DNA of 64,000 nucleotides from Pedobacter sp. (GTDB lineage: Bacteria; Desulfobacterota; Desulfuromonadia; Desulfuromonadales; Syntrophotaleaceae), in assembly GCA_050253415.1 (NCBI GenBank), contig JBFWJC010000001.1:512001-576000 (forward strand), written 5' to 3'. Made by a program: the position numbers and the translations under genes. The first letter of the stretch is position 1. Every line of letters starts with the position of its first letter. The notes below the pieces were generated by a model. It made no database searches, had not been told where the DNA came from, and worked only from the letters and a program-made list of their open reading frames with translations. Below, one piece after another: positions 36,961 to 47,093 of this stretch.

Positions 36961-37764
36961 TTACCATTTGGGAATCTCATAGTCCTTGTCGTACAACAGC
37001 CCCTTTTGTTTCATCATGGGGGAGTTGAAGTTTATGATTTTCAGCGACCGCAACATAAACGCCAGGGACTGTTTAAATTCACGCTCGACATCGGCTTGAG
37101 ACAGTCGAATGCCGAATTTTTCGCTATCGATGACAGTCTCCGCGCTGGAGCCCGGATGGTAAAAATAAAAGGCGCTGGCACTAAAAACCCGCGGTTTTGC
37201 CTGCAGGTCGTAATAGGCACAATAGGTATCATAAAATTTTACTTTCCCGCCGGGCAGCCAGGTGCCGCCCTCTCCTCGTGAAAAGCTCACGCTGGTGCAT
37301 TTCATCCCATGGACATAATCAACCCAATATTTGCGGCCGAACGTGCGGGTTTCCAGGTCGTTTTTTATCTGCCACGCATTGGGCAGTTTCTTCTGCTCCT
37401 CTTCCAGAGCCTCCAGGACACCCCTGTCAAGCATGGTTTCGCCGTCTGGTTTACGGGACGGATAATCGTAAAAATCAATACTTATTTTTGATTGCGACAG
37501 ATACCTAGTGATAGATATTCTGGCTATGATGTCCGGCGCATAGCGGTACGCAGGATCGTATAAATAGGGGCGGCTGGGGGCCTCTTCTTCGGCAATCACC
37601 GAATCCTGGAAGATCGTCCAGCTGTTTTGCTCGGGCAGCTGGATGGCGATGGACCGGTCGGAATTCAAAAGGACTTCTTGGGGTTTGCTGTCCCTGTAGA
37701 AATATCTGGTACTGCAACCGGCTACCAATGCCACGGCAAAAATGCCAACGAGGATATATCTCAT
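36961..37764 (-). CDS. Lipoprotein, candidate immunity protein (paralog of 34987-35790)
   Basis: Lipobox LVAGC; preceded by the remnant toxin tail NYECKPPAVCGDKP*. Confidence 0.8.
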   Translation of the reverse strand: MRYILVGIFAVALVAGCSTRYFYRDSKPQEVLLNSDRSIAIQLPEQNSWTIFQDSVIAEEEAPSRPYLYDPAYRYAPDIIARISITRYLSQSKISIDFYDYPSRKPDGETMLDRGVLEALEEEQKKLPNAWQIKNDLETRTFGRKYWVDYVHGMKCTSVSFSRGEGGTWLPGGKVKFYDTYCAYYDLQAKPRVFSASAFYFYHPGSSAETVIDSEKFGIRLSQADVEREFKQSLAFMLRSLKIINFNSPMMKQKGLLYDKDYEIPKW

Positions 37765-37855
37765 GGTTTGTCTCCGCAAACCGCCGGGGGCTTGCACTCG
37801 TAGTTGTGCAAGCTTCTCTGTCGAACCGATATTTCCGATATCATCGCTGGATGGG

Positions 37856-38299
37856 TTATTCTACAAATTCTATAATTGCGCCAACCCTGTTTGCCTCGTT
37901 TCTGAGCGTGTCCGCGTATCGATCCGATAGTGAAACCACGCATAGCCTTATACCCTCCAATATGTTGTCCTCGTAGTGAGAAAAAGTATTGCTGATAAGG
38001 GCGGCTAGTTTTTGGCTGCTTTGGCAGTAGAGAGTAAAATCAGTGTGACCTTGTGAAATCGCGGTTGAAAAATTCTGATAAAATCCTTCATCATTACCGG
38101 TGTTTTTTATCGAGAGGGTCATGAGAGCGTCGCTCGCTATTCCATAGGACGGGATGATCATAACGAGGCCCAGCGCTTTACATGAACATTGCGTTGATTT
38201 TTCGATGACTCCATCAATGCGTAAGGTCGGTTCCGAGCATCCTTGTAGACATACGAACAGGAAGATGAAATAGCTGTACCGTTTGATATTATGTTTCAT
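37856..38299 (-). CDS. Small lipoprotein, candidate immunity protein
   Basis: Lipobox CLQGC. Confidence 0.65.
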   Translation of the reverse strand: MKHNIKRYSYFIFLFVCLQGCSEPTLRIDGVIEKSTQCSCKALGLVMIIPSYGIASDALMTLSIKNTGNDEGFYQNFSTAISQGHTDFTLYCQSSQKLAALISNTFSHYEDNILEGIRLCVVSLSDRYADTLRNEANRVGAIIEFVE

Positions 38300-38399
38300 A
38301 TTATTTCCGCTTAAATAGTGTCACTTTGAGATTTGTGGATGTATCGGGGGGGCATGTACTGCTGTTTGATCAATTGGTGTAATTGTGAGTTGAAAATGC

Positions 38400-39206
38400 C
38401 TATTTTGGTTCGACATCAGATTTACTTTGTTTTGTTGTTAATGATTGATTTAATTTTTTTGTCCAAAAATCAACTTGTTTTTGGTCTTCTATTATTTTAT
38501 ACATTTTAATCAGTTCAATTATTGCTTGTTGGTTGCCAAAATTTGCTGATTTCGTGTACAAATGCATTGCTGCAGGGATATTAACGGGTACACCTTCGCC
38601 ATTTCGATACATTGCCCCTAAATCATAGAGAGCCGGGGGGTAATTTGCTCCCGCTGCTCTTGCAAACCAGTAAAATGCTTTTTTGTAATCCTTTTCAACC
38701 CCGTCACCATTAATATACATAAGACCTAAATAATGTTGGCCCTCAGAAGAATGACCTTCCGCTCCTTTTAAAATAATCGGGTATGCTTCAGAAAATTTCT
38801 GTTCACCTAAAAGTTTGCATGCCGTGTACATTCTAGAATCTATCTCTTTGTCAGACACGGAAAGCCCTGTTAGTAAAAGATCTTTAGAATTTATGTCTTT
38901 TTCCTTTTTAAACGTAGCTACAATTTTTCCACAATCTCTGCAGCCAGAGGAATAATCACCTTTAATCATCAAGCCGATATCAACAAAAGCATTAGGCATG
39001 TTGTAATAATATATATATGAAACATGATCAACGAAGTTCATATGACTTATTGCAGGGTCTCCCAATATGGATACAACATCCGAACGGGTGCTTTTGTTGG
39101 GTGTAAGCGTTTCTGTATTGGGTTTACTGCTGATGTACCCAGGATTCACAAGAGAGCATCCTGAGAGCGAAAAAAAAAGGAACGACAATACAACGAAAAT
39201 TTTCAT
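38400..39206 (-). CDS. Lipoprotein with Sel1-like repeats, candidate immunity protein
   Basis: Lipobox SLSGC; BamE/SmpA-like TRSDVVSILGDP; Sel1 repeats LGLMYINGDGVEKDYKKAFYWF and LGAMYRNGEGV. Confidence 0.82.
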   Translation of the reverse strand: MKIFVVLSFLFFSLSGCSLVNPGYISSKPNTETLTPNKSTRSDVVSILGDPAISHMNFVDHVSYIYYYNMPNAFVDIGLMIKGDYSSGCRDCGKIVATFKKEKDINSKDLLLTGLSVSDKEIDSRMYTACKLLGEQKFSEAYPIILKGAEGHSSEGQHYLGLMYINGDGVEKDYKKAFYWFARAAGANYPPALYDLGAMYRNGEGVPVNIPAAMHLYTKSANFGNQQAIIELIKMYKIIEDQKQVDFWTKKLNQSLTTKQSKSDVEPK

Positions 39207-39290
39207 CACATCTCCCTGTAGATTTATATTTATTTCAGGAATCATGCGGGACACTCCACACAATATGGTGCGAAACGAGAATGCACAAAA

Positions 39291-39725
39291 TCATTCAACG
39301 AAAAAAACGTCCGTAGCGTTTTCTTCAGGGATATAACGCATGATAACTGATCTTCCCGATGTTTTATCGGGACGTATGGACTTTTCATCGCTAAAGATCC
39401 ATACTTCATACCAGATTGGCTTATTGTGACTTACGACTCTCACTTCTTTCAGGTCCGACTTTTTTAATCCACATTTTGTTTCAAAATAATTAAATATAAA
39501 ATCTTGATATTGCTTGTTCGCTACGGTAGTTCCTGGCTGCCCAGCCCAAACACCATAGTCTATGTTTCCGACCCCGCCTGGCTGCTTTGTATAGGCCACA
39601 CGCACAGGCCTCCCTGCCCTTTCCAGATCCTTGTTTTGAGTCGCGACAATAGCATCTATTTCATTTTTTAAGGCACAACCCGATAGAGTACAAAATAAAA
39701 TAAGAAAAATGACTATTTTTTTCAT
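39291..39725 (-). CDS. Lipoprotein, candidate immunity protein (paralog of 36403-36870)
   Basis: GGGAG RBS; lipobox TLSGC. Confidence 0.8.
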   Translation of the reverse strand: MKKIVIFLILFCTLSGCALKNEIDAIVATQNKDLERAGRPVRVAYTKQPGGVGNIDYGVWAGQPGTTVANKQYQDFIFNYFETKCGLKKSDLKEVRVVSHNKPIWYEVWIFSDEKSIRPDKTSGRSVIMRYIPEENATDVFFVE

Positions 39726-39838
39726 TGAAACTCCCTAAGATTTAGAGAAATCGCATGTGGAAAACAGCCGGATTGGACCGCGGGCTGGCTACCCATGGTT
39801 TTTGCTGACGAACCTACTGCTTTTTTAGCCCCACTTCT

Positions 39839-40372
39839 TCAACGGTGCACCTTGATCTGCCTACCTTCCAAGGTCCTAAATTCGGCTACAGCTTCATCCT
39901 CCCATGGCGCTCTTGTGATTTTTTTAATATCATCCCAATAATACATAAAATCAGCACCATCTTTTAAAGTATTGACATATATCTTCCCATAAACGACCAG
40001 AACCGTTGGGCCGTTATATATTTTTTCAAGCCGAACTCTTTGTATTTTCACATTGGCTCCACCCTTAATAACGCTTATATCACTGCTTTTTGTATAGCGG
40101 TTCACTTCTATTGATTTCGCAAAACTTTTACTGTTTAAATCCTCCAGAATATAGTAACTAATCAAATGCTCTTTAATTATACCAACATCCCTAAGCAAGA
40201 CATGGTCAGACTCAAAATAGCCCTCGAATAAATCACAGTCACTTACATCCATCTCATATTGCCTATTTGTGATAGAGCACCCACAAAGCACAATCGACAA
40301 GAACAAAATAAATAGTGATTTGTTAAAAATACCGGCGCACAAACGCCTAATATCATTTTTCAAGAAAATCAT
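39839..40372 (-). CDS. Lipoprotein, candidate cognate immunity protein (CdiI position)
   Basis: Overlaps the tpsA 3' end; AGGAG RBS; lipobox VLCGC. Confidence 0.75.
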   Translation of the reverse strand: MIFLKNDIRRLCAGIFNKSLFILFLSIVLCGCSITNRQYEMDVSDCDLFEGYFESDHVLLRDVGIIKEHLISYYILEDLNSKSFAKSIEVNRYTKSSDISVIKGGANVKIQRVRLEKIYNGPTVLVVYGKIYVNTLKDGADFMYYWDDIKKITRAPWEDEAVAEFRTLEGRQIKVHR

Positions 40373-43300
40373 AAGTAATCCTCCTATATTCGTTCCCTAT
40401 CTCAAGGCTATATGCATCAAGGTTTTTGGGATTACCCAATTGTCTGTGTGCGTCACCGAGAATCGTACCCCCAAATCCTTTTCTCCCTTCGCCAAAGTAC
40501 ATATGGTCATTATTTCCTGTCGACCAATATCCAAATGATAAAAGAGCGCCGAGGTTGCTCGTTGGTTCTTGCAGGCCAACTGAATACGTTGCTTGCAAAG
40601 AGTCAATGTTATTATACAAACCAAAACCTGGACCTTGATCAGCAGCCAATTTTTTTACGCCAATGCCGTAAATCGCAGTATAGTTACTCGCCAGGGAAGC
40701 TCGTGAAACACCACCACTATGCGAATACATTAGCACCGTACTATTTTCAGGAGTGCCACTAACTACATAATCTGCCATCTCCAGTCCTCTGCTTTTATAC
40801 CCGAGAAAGAGCGACATTGCGACACGAGTAGCTGAATCCCCGACATTCGACGCGTAGTTATAATCAGAGCCATTAATATTTAAAGCGCCTTCTGTGTACG
40901 CATCACGTTTAATTGAAATTTTTTCAGAATTTGCATTTATGCCGCCCGTGATCCATCTTGTGACTTCGCCATCCATATTCCCTTTAACGCTTGGCACAAA
41001 GTTCCCAATCAGCGGCACCTCTTGCCCAAGCATAAGCGAAGAAGCCGCCAGATCTGCTTTTCTTGAAAAACTCCATCTCCTCTCAAATCCTTTAGCCGGA
41101 ACTTCGATATGTTTTGCCATATAATCAAGCAAGGTTTCAAAGTCGTGAAAGACAGAAAGACGTTCAACCACCAATAATGGCAATGATGCTACAGAGAGCA
41201 CCATATCCTTGGCCCCACCCGCAGCTGTGATGGCTACATCAACCGTGCCGTCCAGCATTATTTCCCCTTCCTCCAAGGCAATTTCGTACTCCTGGGCGAT
41301 TTCTCCCCGCCCCTCTTCACTGAGCAGCCGATGATCCAGCGTTGCGTCCACGGAAGTGCTGACGCTGCCGCTGTAGAGATTTTTATTCAGGGCCTCGGTA
41401 TCACGGTTGAGACGGTCCAGGTCATCGGAGTACTCCAGATTTCCGATTTGCACATCGCCTTTTCCCAGGGTGGCCAAGACTTTGGAGCTGGAATACCCCA
41501 TGTCGTTACCCAGCGAAAGGGTTGACGAATTTACCTTGGGGGTGGTCTCGTTGGTGTCCGGTTGGGGGTCCTTGGTGGAGCCGAACCCGATGTTGGTGCC
41601 TGCGTTGAAACTATTGCTTGAGCTGTAGCTGGAGTTCGTACTGTTGCCGAAGGTGAGGGTCTCGGTTTTGAAGGCCAAGTTTTCATTATCGATGAAGATT
41701 CCCTCTTCGTTTACTTCTCCGGCCGCGAGCAAGGCTCCTTTCAGGTGGGTGTTGCCGCCGACTTCGACATGGACATTTTCACCGGTCAAGGAAGTCAGGA
41801 CCGTTTGCTTGACCTGGGTTGTGCCGGCGCTGGCGCCGAAGCTGGCGCCGACACTTCCCAACCCGTCACCCACTCTGGCGCCGATGGCTTGGTTCAATTT
41901 ACCCTGGGCCGCTTTATGCTCTTGTTCATTGGCATAATCCCCCCTGTCGGCGGTGTATTCTTGATCATTGCCCAAAGAGAAACTTGCTCCAACATTAAAC
42001 CCTTTCGAGTTCGAGGAAGAGCTGTCCCGCAGGGAGATGATGTCCAGATCGTTTCCTACCTCCAGATTGAGGGTGTCGTCTGCCCGTACCGTAGCTCCTT
42101 CGAACAGGGCATCGTTGGCGACGGTGAGGTTGATATTCTTGGCCAGAAGTTCCGAGTTGGTGTGCGAGGTGCTCTCCTGGCTGGCGTGATTTCCCCCGTA
42201 GCCCATACTGCCGGCCATGCCGCTGCCACCGCCGTACATGGTCATGGAAAGACTGCCGGAAAGGTCTTTGGAGTCCTGTTTGGCCTGGTATGTATCTGTG
42301 GAAGCGCTGACATTTAAATCGTGTGTGGCTATCTCCAGATTGTCTTTAGCGGCAAGGGTCGCGCCGCGGATAGCAACCTGGGTGCTCTCGAGGGGGTTGG
42401 TGGTGATCGTGATGTCCTTGCCGGTGATGATTGCGTTGAGGCTTCGGGTCGTGTCCGCGCGGCTATTTGTTTTAGAGCCGTGGAGATCAAGCGCCAGTCC
42501 CGCTGAAAAGCCCCAGGTGTATGAACTGGAGGCCGCGGTGGCGACTTGCGTCGCGATGGCAACCGTCTTGCTGGCAAGATCCGCTGTTGCCGCCGCGACG
42601 GCAGCGACATAATATTTCTCGTTGTCGCTGACATGGTCGATCAACTCTTCCAGGTCTTCAATGTCCTCGTAGTCAACTCCTGCTTCTTTGTTCCGGTATG
42701 CCTTCTTGGTATCCGAGAGGGCGGATTGGAGGGAGCTCAACTGGTCCTTGAATTGCAAGTAATCGTCTTTTACCTGCAGGAGTTGTTTTGCGGCTTCTGC
42801 GGCGGCTTTCACGGCACTTCCTATTTCCACGTATTCGTTTTGTACGGTGAGGCTTATTTCCGCGCTGGCATGTTTGTCTTTACTGTTCTCCGAGAAGGTG
42901 TCTATGGCTTCCTTGATGGTCACATCGCCGGTTTGGGCCAGGAGCTCGACGCTTTTCCCCGCGGCCACCGTAGAACCTTCAATGAGGATGTTTTGGTGCG
43001 CATTCAGGAGAATATCGCCATCTTCTCCGGTCAGGTTTGAACTTTTGTGCGTGAGTGCCTGGCTGGAGTGGTCCGTATCGTCATAGGTCGCATTTGCGAG
43101 TGCTATTTTCAGTTGGGTCTCGCCCTGTTTTGGAGTAAACGCTTTTGTTGCATCCATAATGTTGGCGAGACTTACTTCCATTTTCCTTGTCGAGCTATGG
43201 GAATCCCTTTTTTCTTCGGCAGAGAGGATGTTTATGTCGCCTGTGCTGGTTGTGGCGCGAAGGGTGTTTTGGGCGGTAAGGTCTGAGCCTATGACCGTAG

Positions 43301-46300
43301 CGTTGGGGGCCTCCAGCACGATGTCGTTGCCACTGTTCAGGGTTGAGGATTTCGCTTTAATATCGGTCGTTTGGTCTTTATGGTACTCCATTTCGTAGAT
43401 GGGGCCTGTGTTGAGCATACCCATTGTTGCCAGCGAGGTGATCAAGTTGCCGAGATTGAAACTGCTTTTTTTGCTCCATTGCTCATCCTGCCGCAATTCT
43501 TGTGCCGCGGCGATAAGGATGTCGTTGGCAGCCTGGAGGTGAAGATCAGACGCGGCATCAACATTGGAGCCGATGATGCGGATGTCGTTGCCGGATTTGA
43601 GGATGATGTTCAGCGCTTCGGTTCTGAGCTCGGCTTCTTTGACATTGAGAGCGTCGGTTCTTTTTAATTGCGCACTTTGGCTTAGCCCACCCCATGAGGA
43701 TTTGGTGGTGGTGTGCAGGGAGCCCTCCCGGTACTGCTTGGCCAGAACGTTGATGTCTTTTTTGGCATCGAGAACAATGTTTTCTCCGGCTATGAGGTTG
43801 GCCGATTCAAGGGTGATGCCTTCGTTTTGGGCTTGGATGAGAATGTTGCGCGCTTGGAGGTTGCTTTGCACTACGCTTTCCTGGTGGCTCATGTCTCTTT
43901 CAATTTCTCCCCCTAAAAAGCCATCATCCAATTCTATCTGGGTGTCCTGGTGGGTAAGGTCGTTTGCAGCCAGGATCGAGATTCCCTGCGTTGCCTGCAA
44001 GGCGATGGTTTCCCCGGCATTGAGAGATGAGGCCGTGATGTCGATTTGGTTGGCTGCAATGGCGATGTTTTTGCCTTCCAGGGAAGAAACCGCGTTAGTC
44101 AGGGACCCGCCTCTGTTGTAGCCATTGGCAAGGTCAAAGTCATACTCCTCATTGAGTTCAAGTGCGTTAATTCGGACATCCCCTTCGTGGGAAGCGAGCA
44201 ACAGGGTTTCACCGGAGTGCGCAGTCGTGTTGGACAGGGTGATGTTGTCGGGCGCTTCCATGGTGAGGTTTCCACCTGCGATGAAGCGGGTTTCGTTTCC
44301 TTTGAGTGTAGATGTTTGGGAGCCCCTGGCATAATTGTAGATTTTTTCTTCGGTTATGGCGCTGCCGGTGATGGTGTTTGCCACGAGACGCATGTCCCCT
44401 CCCGAGGCGATGGTTCCGCTGAGGTTTTGAAGCTCACCGCCGACCAGAAGGTTCATCGCGTTTTCTGAAACAAGAGCGCCGTTTTTGTTGGTGAGTTTAT
44501 CGGCGGTGATGTCCATCCGCGAGCGGGCGACAATGGTCCCCTCATTTAACAGGGTTTCCTCCACGTTGAGGTCGATTGTGTTGGCTGCTATTTGTGGCCC
44601 GTAGGTGGCGATGTTATTTGCTGCCAGGTAAAGTTGCGGCACGAGCACTTTTTCGCCGTCAACGATGCGGTCTTCCAACCAGACAATGTTTTTATCCAAC
44701 TGCGCGACTTGTTCTTTGGTAAGGGTGATGCCAAAAGCAAGTTGCAGCTTTTCTTGAAGTGCCAACGCGTTGTCCATGAGCCCTTTGTACTGTTCCAGGT
44801 CGGATGCGTATCCTTCGAGATAGCGTTTACCGCTTTGTGCGATGACGCTGTTGCGGACAAAGTCGGTTTCATACATCCCATCGCCCAGGCGTTTGATGAT
44901 AGTCTCCGGGCGATGGTTGAGTTTTTCAAGCATGTAATCAGAGCTGATAAAGGTCTTGTAATTGGTGAAAAGCGGATTGGCTTCGATGAGATATGGATGG
45001 TTACTGGCTTTATTGAGTAGAAAAAGACCGAAGTTCCCCTTGGGGAGGGTGAGGTTGTCGATGATGATATCACCATTGGATGTATGTTGAATATCAGGAG
45101 ACTGCAGCAGGGCATGGTGCGTGTCGGTTTGGTACAAACCTTCTGCGCCGGTATTATTGAGGGTGATGACATTACCGGTGATGCTTTGTCTGGCCTGAAT
45201 CCCATGCCCCGGCAGGGGTGTTTTTTGTGTGTCGGTAGAGGTAAAGGTTCCTCTATAGCCTGCCCGATGTTTATGATTTACACATGCGCCAAAGACACGA
45301 CTGGAACAATATCTTTCCTTTCGATATTTTTTGGTTACTGTGGTGATTGTGTCAACCAGGATATTGCCTACATTGTTGGCAATATTGGCGTATAAATCGA
45401 TATCCTCATCGGCTGCAATGAGCGAATAGTGATTGTCGAGTGTGTCCAGGTCTATGCTGATATCGCCAGCAGCTAAAATGAGTGCGGGATCCGATGGAAC
45501 CGCCACGACCTGTTGTTGCGTTGTTGTTGTGACCACATCATAATCATACTTGCCTCCTCGTGAGATTTTCTGTGTTTTGGTGGAAGTCAATTGTTTCATG
45601 GTTGGCGCATCGGCGATGTTGCTGAGTGTTTTGGCTGTGATGCCTATATTGCCCCCGGATTGCATCAGCCCGAGGTTGGTGACATGGTTTATTTTATCGT
45701 TTGCACGATTGGCGGCTATGGTTAAGTCGCAGTCACTGTCGATGACACCCTCCTTTTGGTTGGTCAGGGTGTCTTCCACCAACAGGCTGATGGCGTTGTT
45801 GCTACGGATCACGCCTGTGTTGTCAAGGTTTCGGGCGGAGATTTCAAGATTGTTTATTGAATACAGAGCCCCCGTGTTATCGATATCCGTGGCGAAGATG
45901 GCAAGATCTGCTCCTCCGATGAGCCCTTGGTTGTTGAGTTTTTGGGCAACACTGACGGTGTTGCTGCCCGTTTCTTCCAGTGCCGTGAGTTCGCCTTTGT
46001 TATCAAGGAATTCTGCAAAAACTTGTAGGGAATGCGTGGCAGAGGTAACGGCGATTTCCGCCATGGAAATGTTTTTTTGCGCCGAGATGGTTACGTCGTT
46101 GGCAGTGATGTCGTTGGTGAGTTGAATACCTGCATTATGAGAATAGACCTCCAGATGTGAACCTGCGACGGCTTTTGAGAGGACGATGTCTCCATCGGCT
46201 GTTAATGCAAAGGAATTTTGAGCAAACACTTCAGGTGGCAGGTGAACGCCGATGCCTTTGTCGCTGCTATGAAGGGTGATCGTGTTGGCGTAGATGCCTC

Positions 46301-47024
46301 CAAGTAATGAAGAGTCGATGGCCATACCGGTTCCCGCTCGGTTTTTATCAGAGATGGCACCATCCAGGGCGATGGTGTTTTCTCCAGCAACGACATTGAG
46401 TTTATCCGCGTACAGTTTGGCATTGAGTTGTAAAGCTTTGGCATAGAGATTTACTCTTGCGATGTTGTTGGCATTGAATCCATCCCCCTCGATCACAATA
46501 TCTCCGCTGCTCACATCAAATCCCTGCAACATGGTTCCGTTCATGATGGGTGAGCCTGTGGTGAGAGTGGCGCTTGGGGTGTTGATGAATCCTCCACCGT
46601 TGACGCTGATGCCGTTAGGGTTGGCGATGATAACATCGGCGGGTTTTCCAGCGACTTCGGTGTAGCCTTGCAGGAGTGTTTTGCTCGTGCCTGTAACTTC
46701 GTTCAAGATCAGCCGTGCTTGCTTGACGGAGAGGTTGGGATTGTAGGGAATGTAGCCGGCGAGTTGCGTGTTGGCTATGACATTGGCATTGTTGAGAATC
46801 AGCCCTTGTTTTTGGACATTGTAGGTGTTGAATTTATTGTGAGAGATCCCCTGGGCATTGGGGGTTGTGATATTGACGACAGGTACGCCATTGGGGGCTT
46901 GTCCAAGATAGGCCTGGTTGGCTTTTGATGCAGAGGTATCTACCTGAATTTCAGCTGCTGAGAGGGTTTGACTGAAAATCAAAAGCAAACTCAGGGTAAG
47001 GCAGATGGTTCGATTTCCTTTCAT
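40353..47024 (-). CDS. TpsA / CdiA-like filamentous hemagglutinin family exoprotein with C-terminal hydrolase-like toxin domain
   Basis: Signal peptide; TPS domain (NPNL, ILNEV, ANPNGI); FHA repeats; YLIE.NP...SSDY...RLGDG.YE segment; variable C-terminus containing YSHSGG. Confidence 0.9.
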   Translation of the reverse strand: MKGNRTICLTLSLLLIFSQTLSAAEIQVDTSASKANQAYLGQAPNGVPVVNITTPNAQGISHNKFNTYNVQKQGLILNNANVIANTQLAGYIPYNPNLSVKQARLILNEVTGTSKTLLQGYTEVAGKPADVIIANPNGISVNGGGFINTPSATLTTGSPIMNGTMLQGFDVSSGDIVIEGDGFNANNIARVNLYAKALQLNAKLYADKLNVVAGENTIALDGAISDKNRAGTGMAIDSSLLGGIYANTITLHSSDKGIGVHLPPEVFAQNSFALTADGDIVLSKAVAGSHLEVYSHNAGIQLTNDITANDVTISAQKNISMAEIAVTSATHSLQVFAEFLDNKGELTALEETGSNTVSVAQKLNNQGLIGGADLAIFATDIDNTGALYSINNLEISARNLDNTGVIRSNNAISLLVEDTLTNQKEGVIDSDCDLTIAANRANDKINHVTNLGLMQSGGNIGITAKTLSNIADAPTMKQLTSTKTQKISRGGKYDYDVVTTTTQQQVVAVPSDPALILAAGDISIDLDTLDNHYSLIAADEDIDLYANIANNVGNILVDTITTVTKKYRKERYCSSRVFGACVNHKHRAGYRGTFTSTDTQKTPLPGHGIQARQSITGNVITLNNTGAEGLYQTDTHHALLQSPDIQHTSNGDIIIDNLTLPKGNFGLFLLNKASNHPYLIEANPLFTNYKTFISSDYMLEKLNHRPETIIKRLGDGMYETDFVRNSVIAQSGKRYLEGYASDLEQYKGLMDNALALQEKLQLAFGITLTKEQVAQLDKNIVWLEDRIVDGEKVLVPQLYLAANNIATYGPQIAANTIDLNVEETLLNEGTIVARSRMDITADKLTNKNGALVSENAMNLLVGGELQNLSGTIASGGDMRLVANTITGSAITEEKIYNYARGSQTSTLKGNETRFIAGGNLTMEAPDNITLSNTTAHSGETLLLASHEGDVRINALELNEEYDFDLANGYNRGGSLTNAVSSLEGKNIAIAANQIDITASSLNAGETIALQATQGISILAANDLTHQDTQIELDDGFLGGEIERDMSHQESVVQSNLQARNILIQAQNEGITLESANLIAGENIVLDAKKDINVLAKQYREGSLHTTTKSSWGGLSQSAQLKRTDALNVKEAELRTEALNIILKSGNDIRIIGSNVDAASDLHLQAANDILIAAAQELRQDEQWSKKSSFNLGNLITSLATMGMLNTGPIYEMEYHKDQTTDIKAKSSTLNSGNDIVLEAPNATVIGSDLTAQNTLRATTSTGDINILSAEEKRDSHSSTRKMEVSLANIMDATKAFTPKQGETQLKIALANATYDDTDHSSQALTHKSSNLTGEDGDILLNAHQNILIEGSTVAAGKSVELLAQTGDVTIKEAIDTFSENSKDKHASAEISLTVQNEYVEIGSAVKAAAEAAKQLLQVKDDYLQFKDQLSSLQSALSDTKKAYRNKEAGVDYEDIEDLEELIDHVSDNEKYYVAAVAAATADLASKTVAIATQVATAASSSYTWGFSAGLALDLHGSKTNSRADTTRSLNAIITGKDITITTNPLESTQVAIRGATLAAKDNLEIATHDLNVSASTDTYQAKQDSKDLSGSLSMTMYGGGSGMAGSMGYGGNHASQESTSHTNSELLAKNINLTVANDALFEGATVRADDTLNLEVGNDLDIISLRDSSSSNSKGFNVGASFSLGNDQEYTADRGDYANEQEHKAAQGKLNQAIGARVGDGLGSVGASFGASAGTTQVKQTVLTSLTGENVHVEVGGNTHLKGALLAAGEVNEEGIFIDNENLAFKTETLTFGNSTNSSYSSSNSFNAGTNIGFGSTKDPQPDTNETTPKVNSSTLSLGNDMGYSSSKVLATLGKGDVQIGNLEYSDDLDRLNRDTEALNKNLYSGSVSTSVDATLDHRLLSEEGRGEIAQEYEIALEEGEIMLDGTVDVAITAAGGAKDMVLSVASLPLLVVERLSVFHDFETLLDYMAKHIEVPAKGFERRWSFSRKADLAASSLMLGQEVPLIGNFVPSVKGNMDGEVTRWITGGINANSEKISIKRDAYTEGALNINGSDYNYASNVGDSATRVAMSLFLGYKSRGLEMADYVVSGTPENSTVLMYSHSGGVSRASLASNYTAIYGIGVKKLAADQGPGFGLYNNIDSLQATYSVGLQEPTSNLGALLSFGYWSTGNNDHMYFGEGRKGFGGTILGDAHRQLGNPKNLDAYSLEIGNEYRRITYDFLEK

Positions 47025-47093
47025 ACTATTTCCTTTATGAAAGAAGCTTTGTTTAGGTTGATAACAGCAGAGGCGGCGGAGAGATGCCGCATG

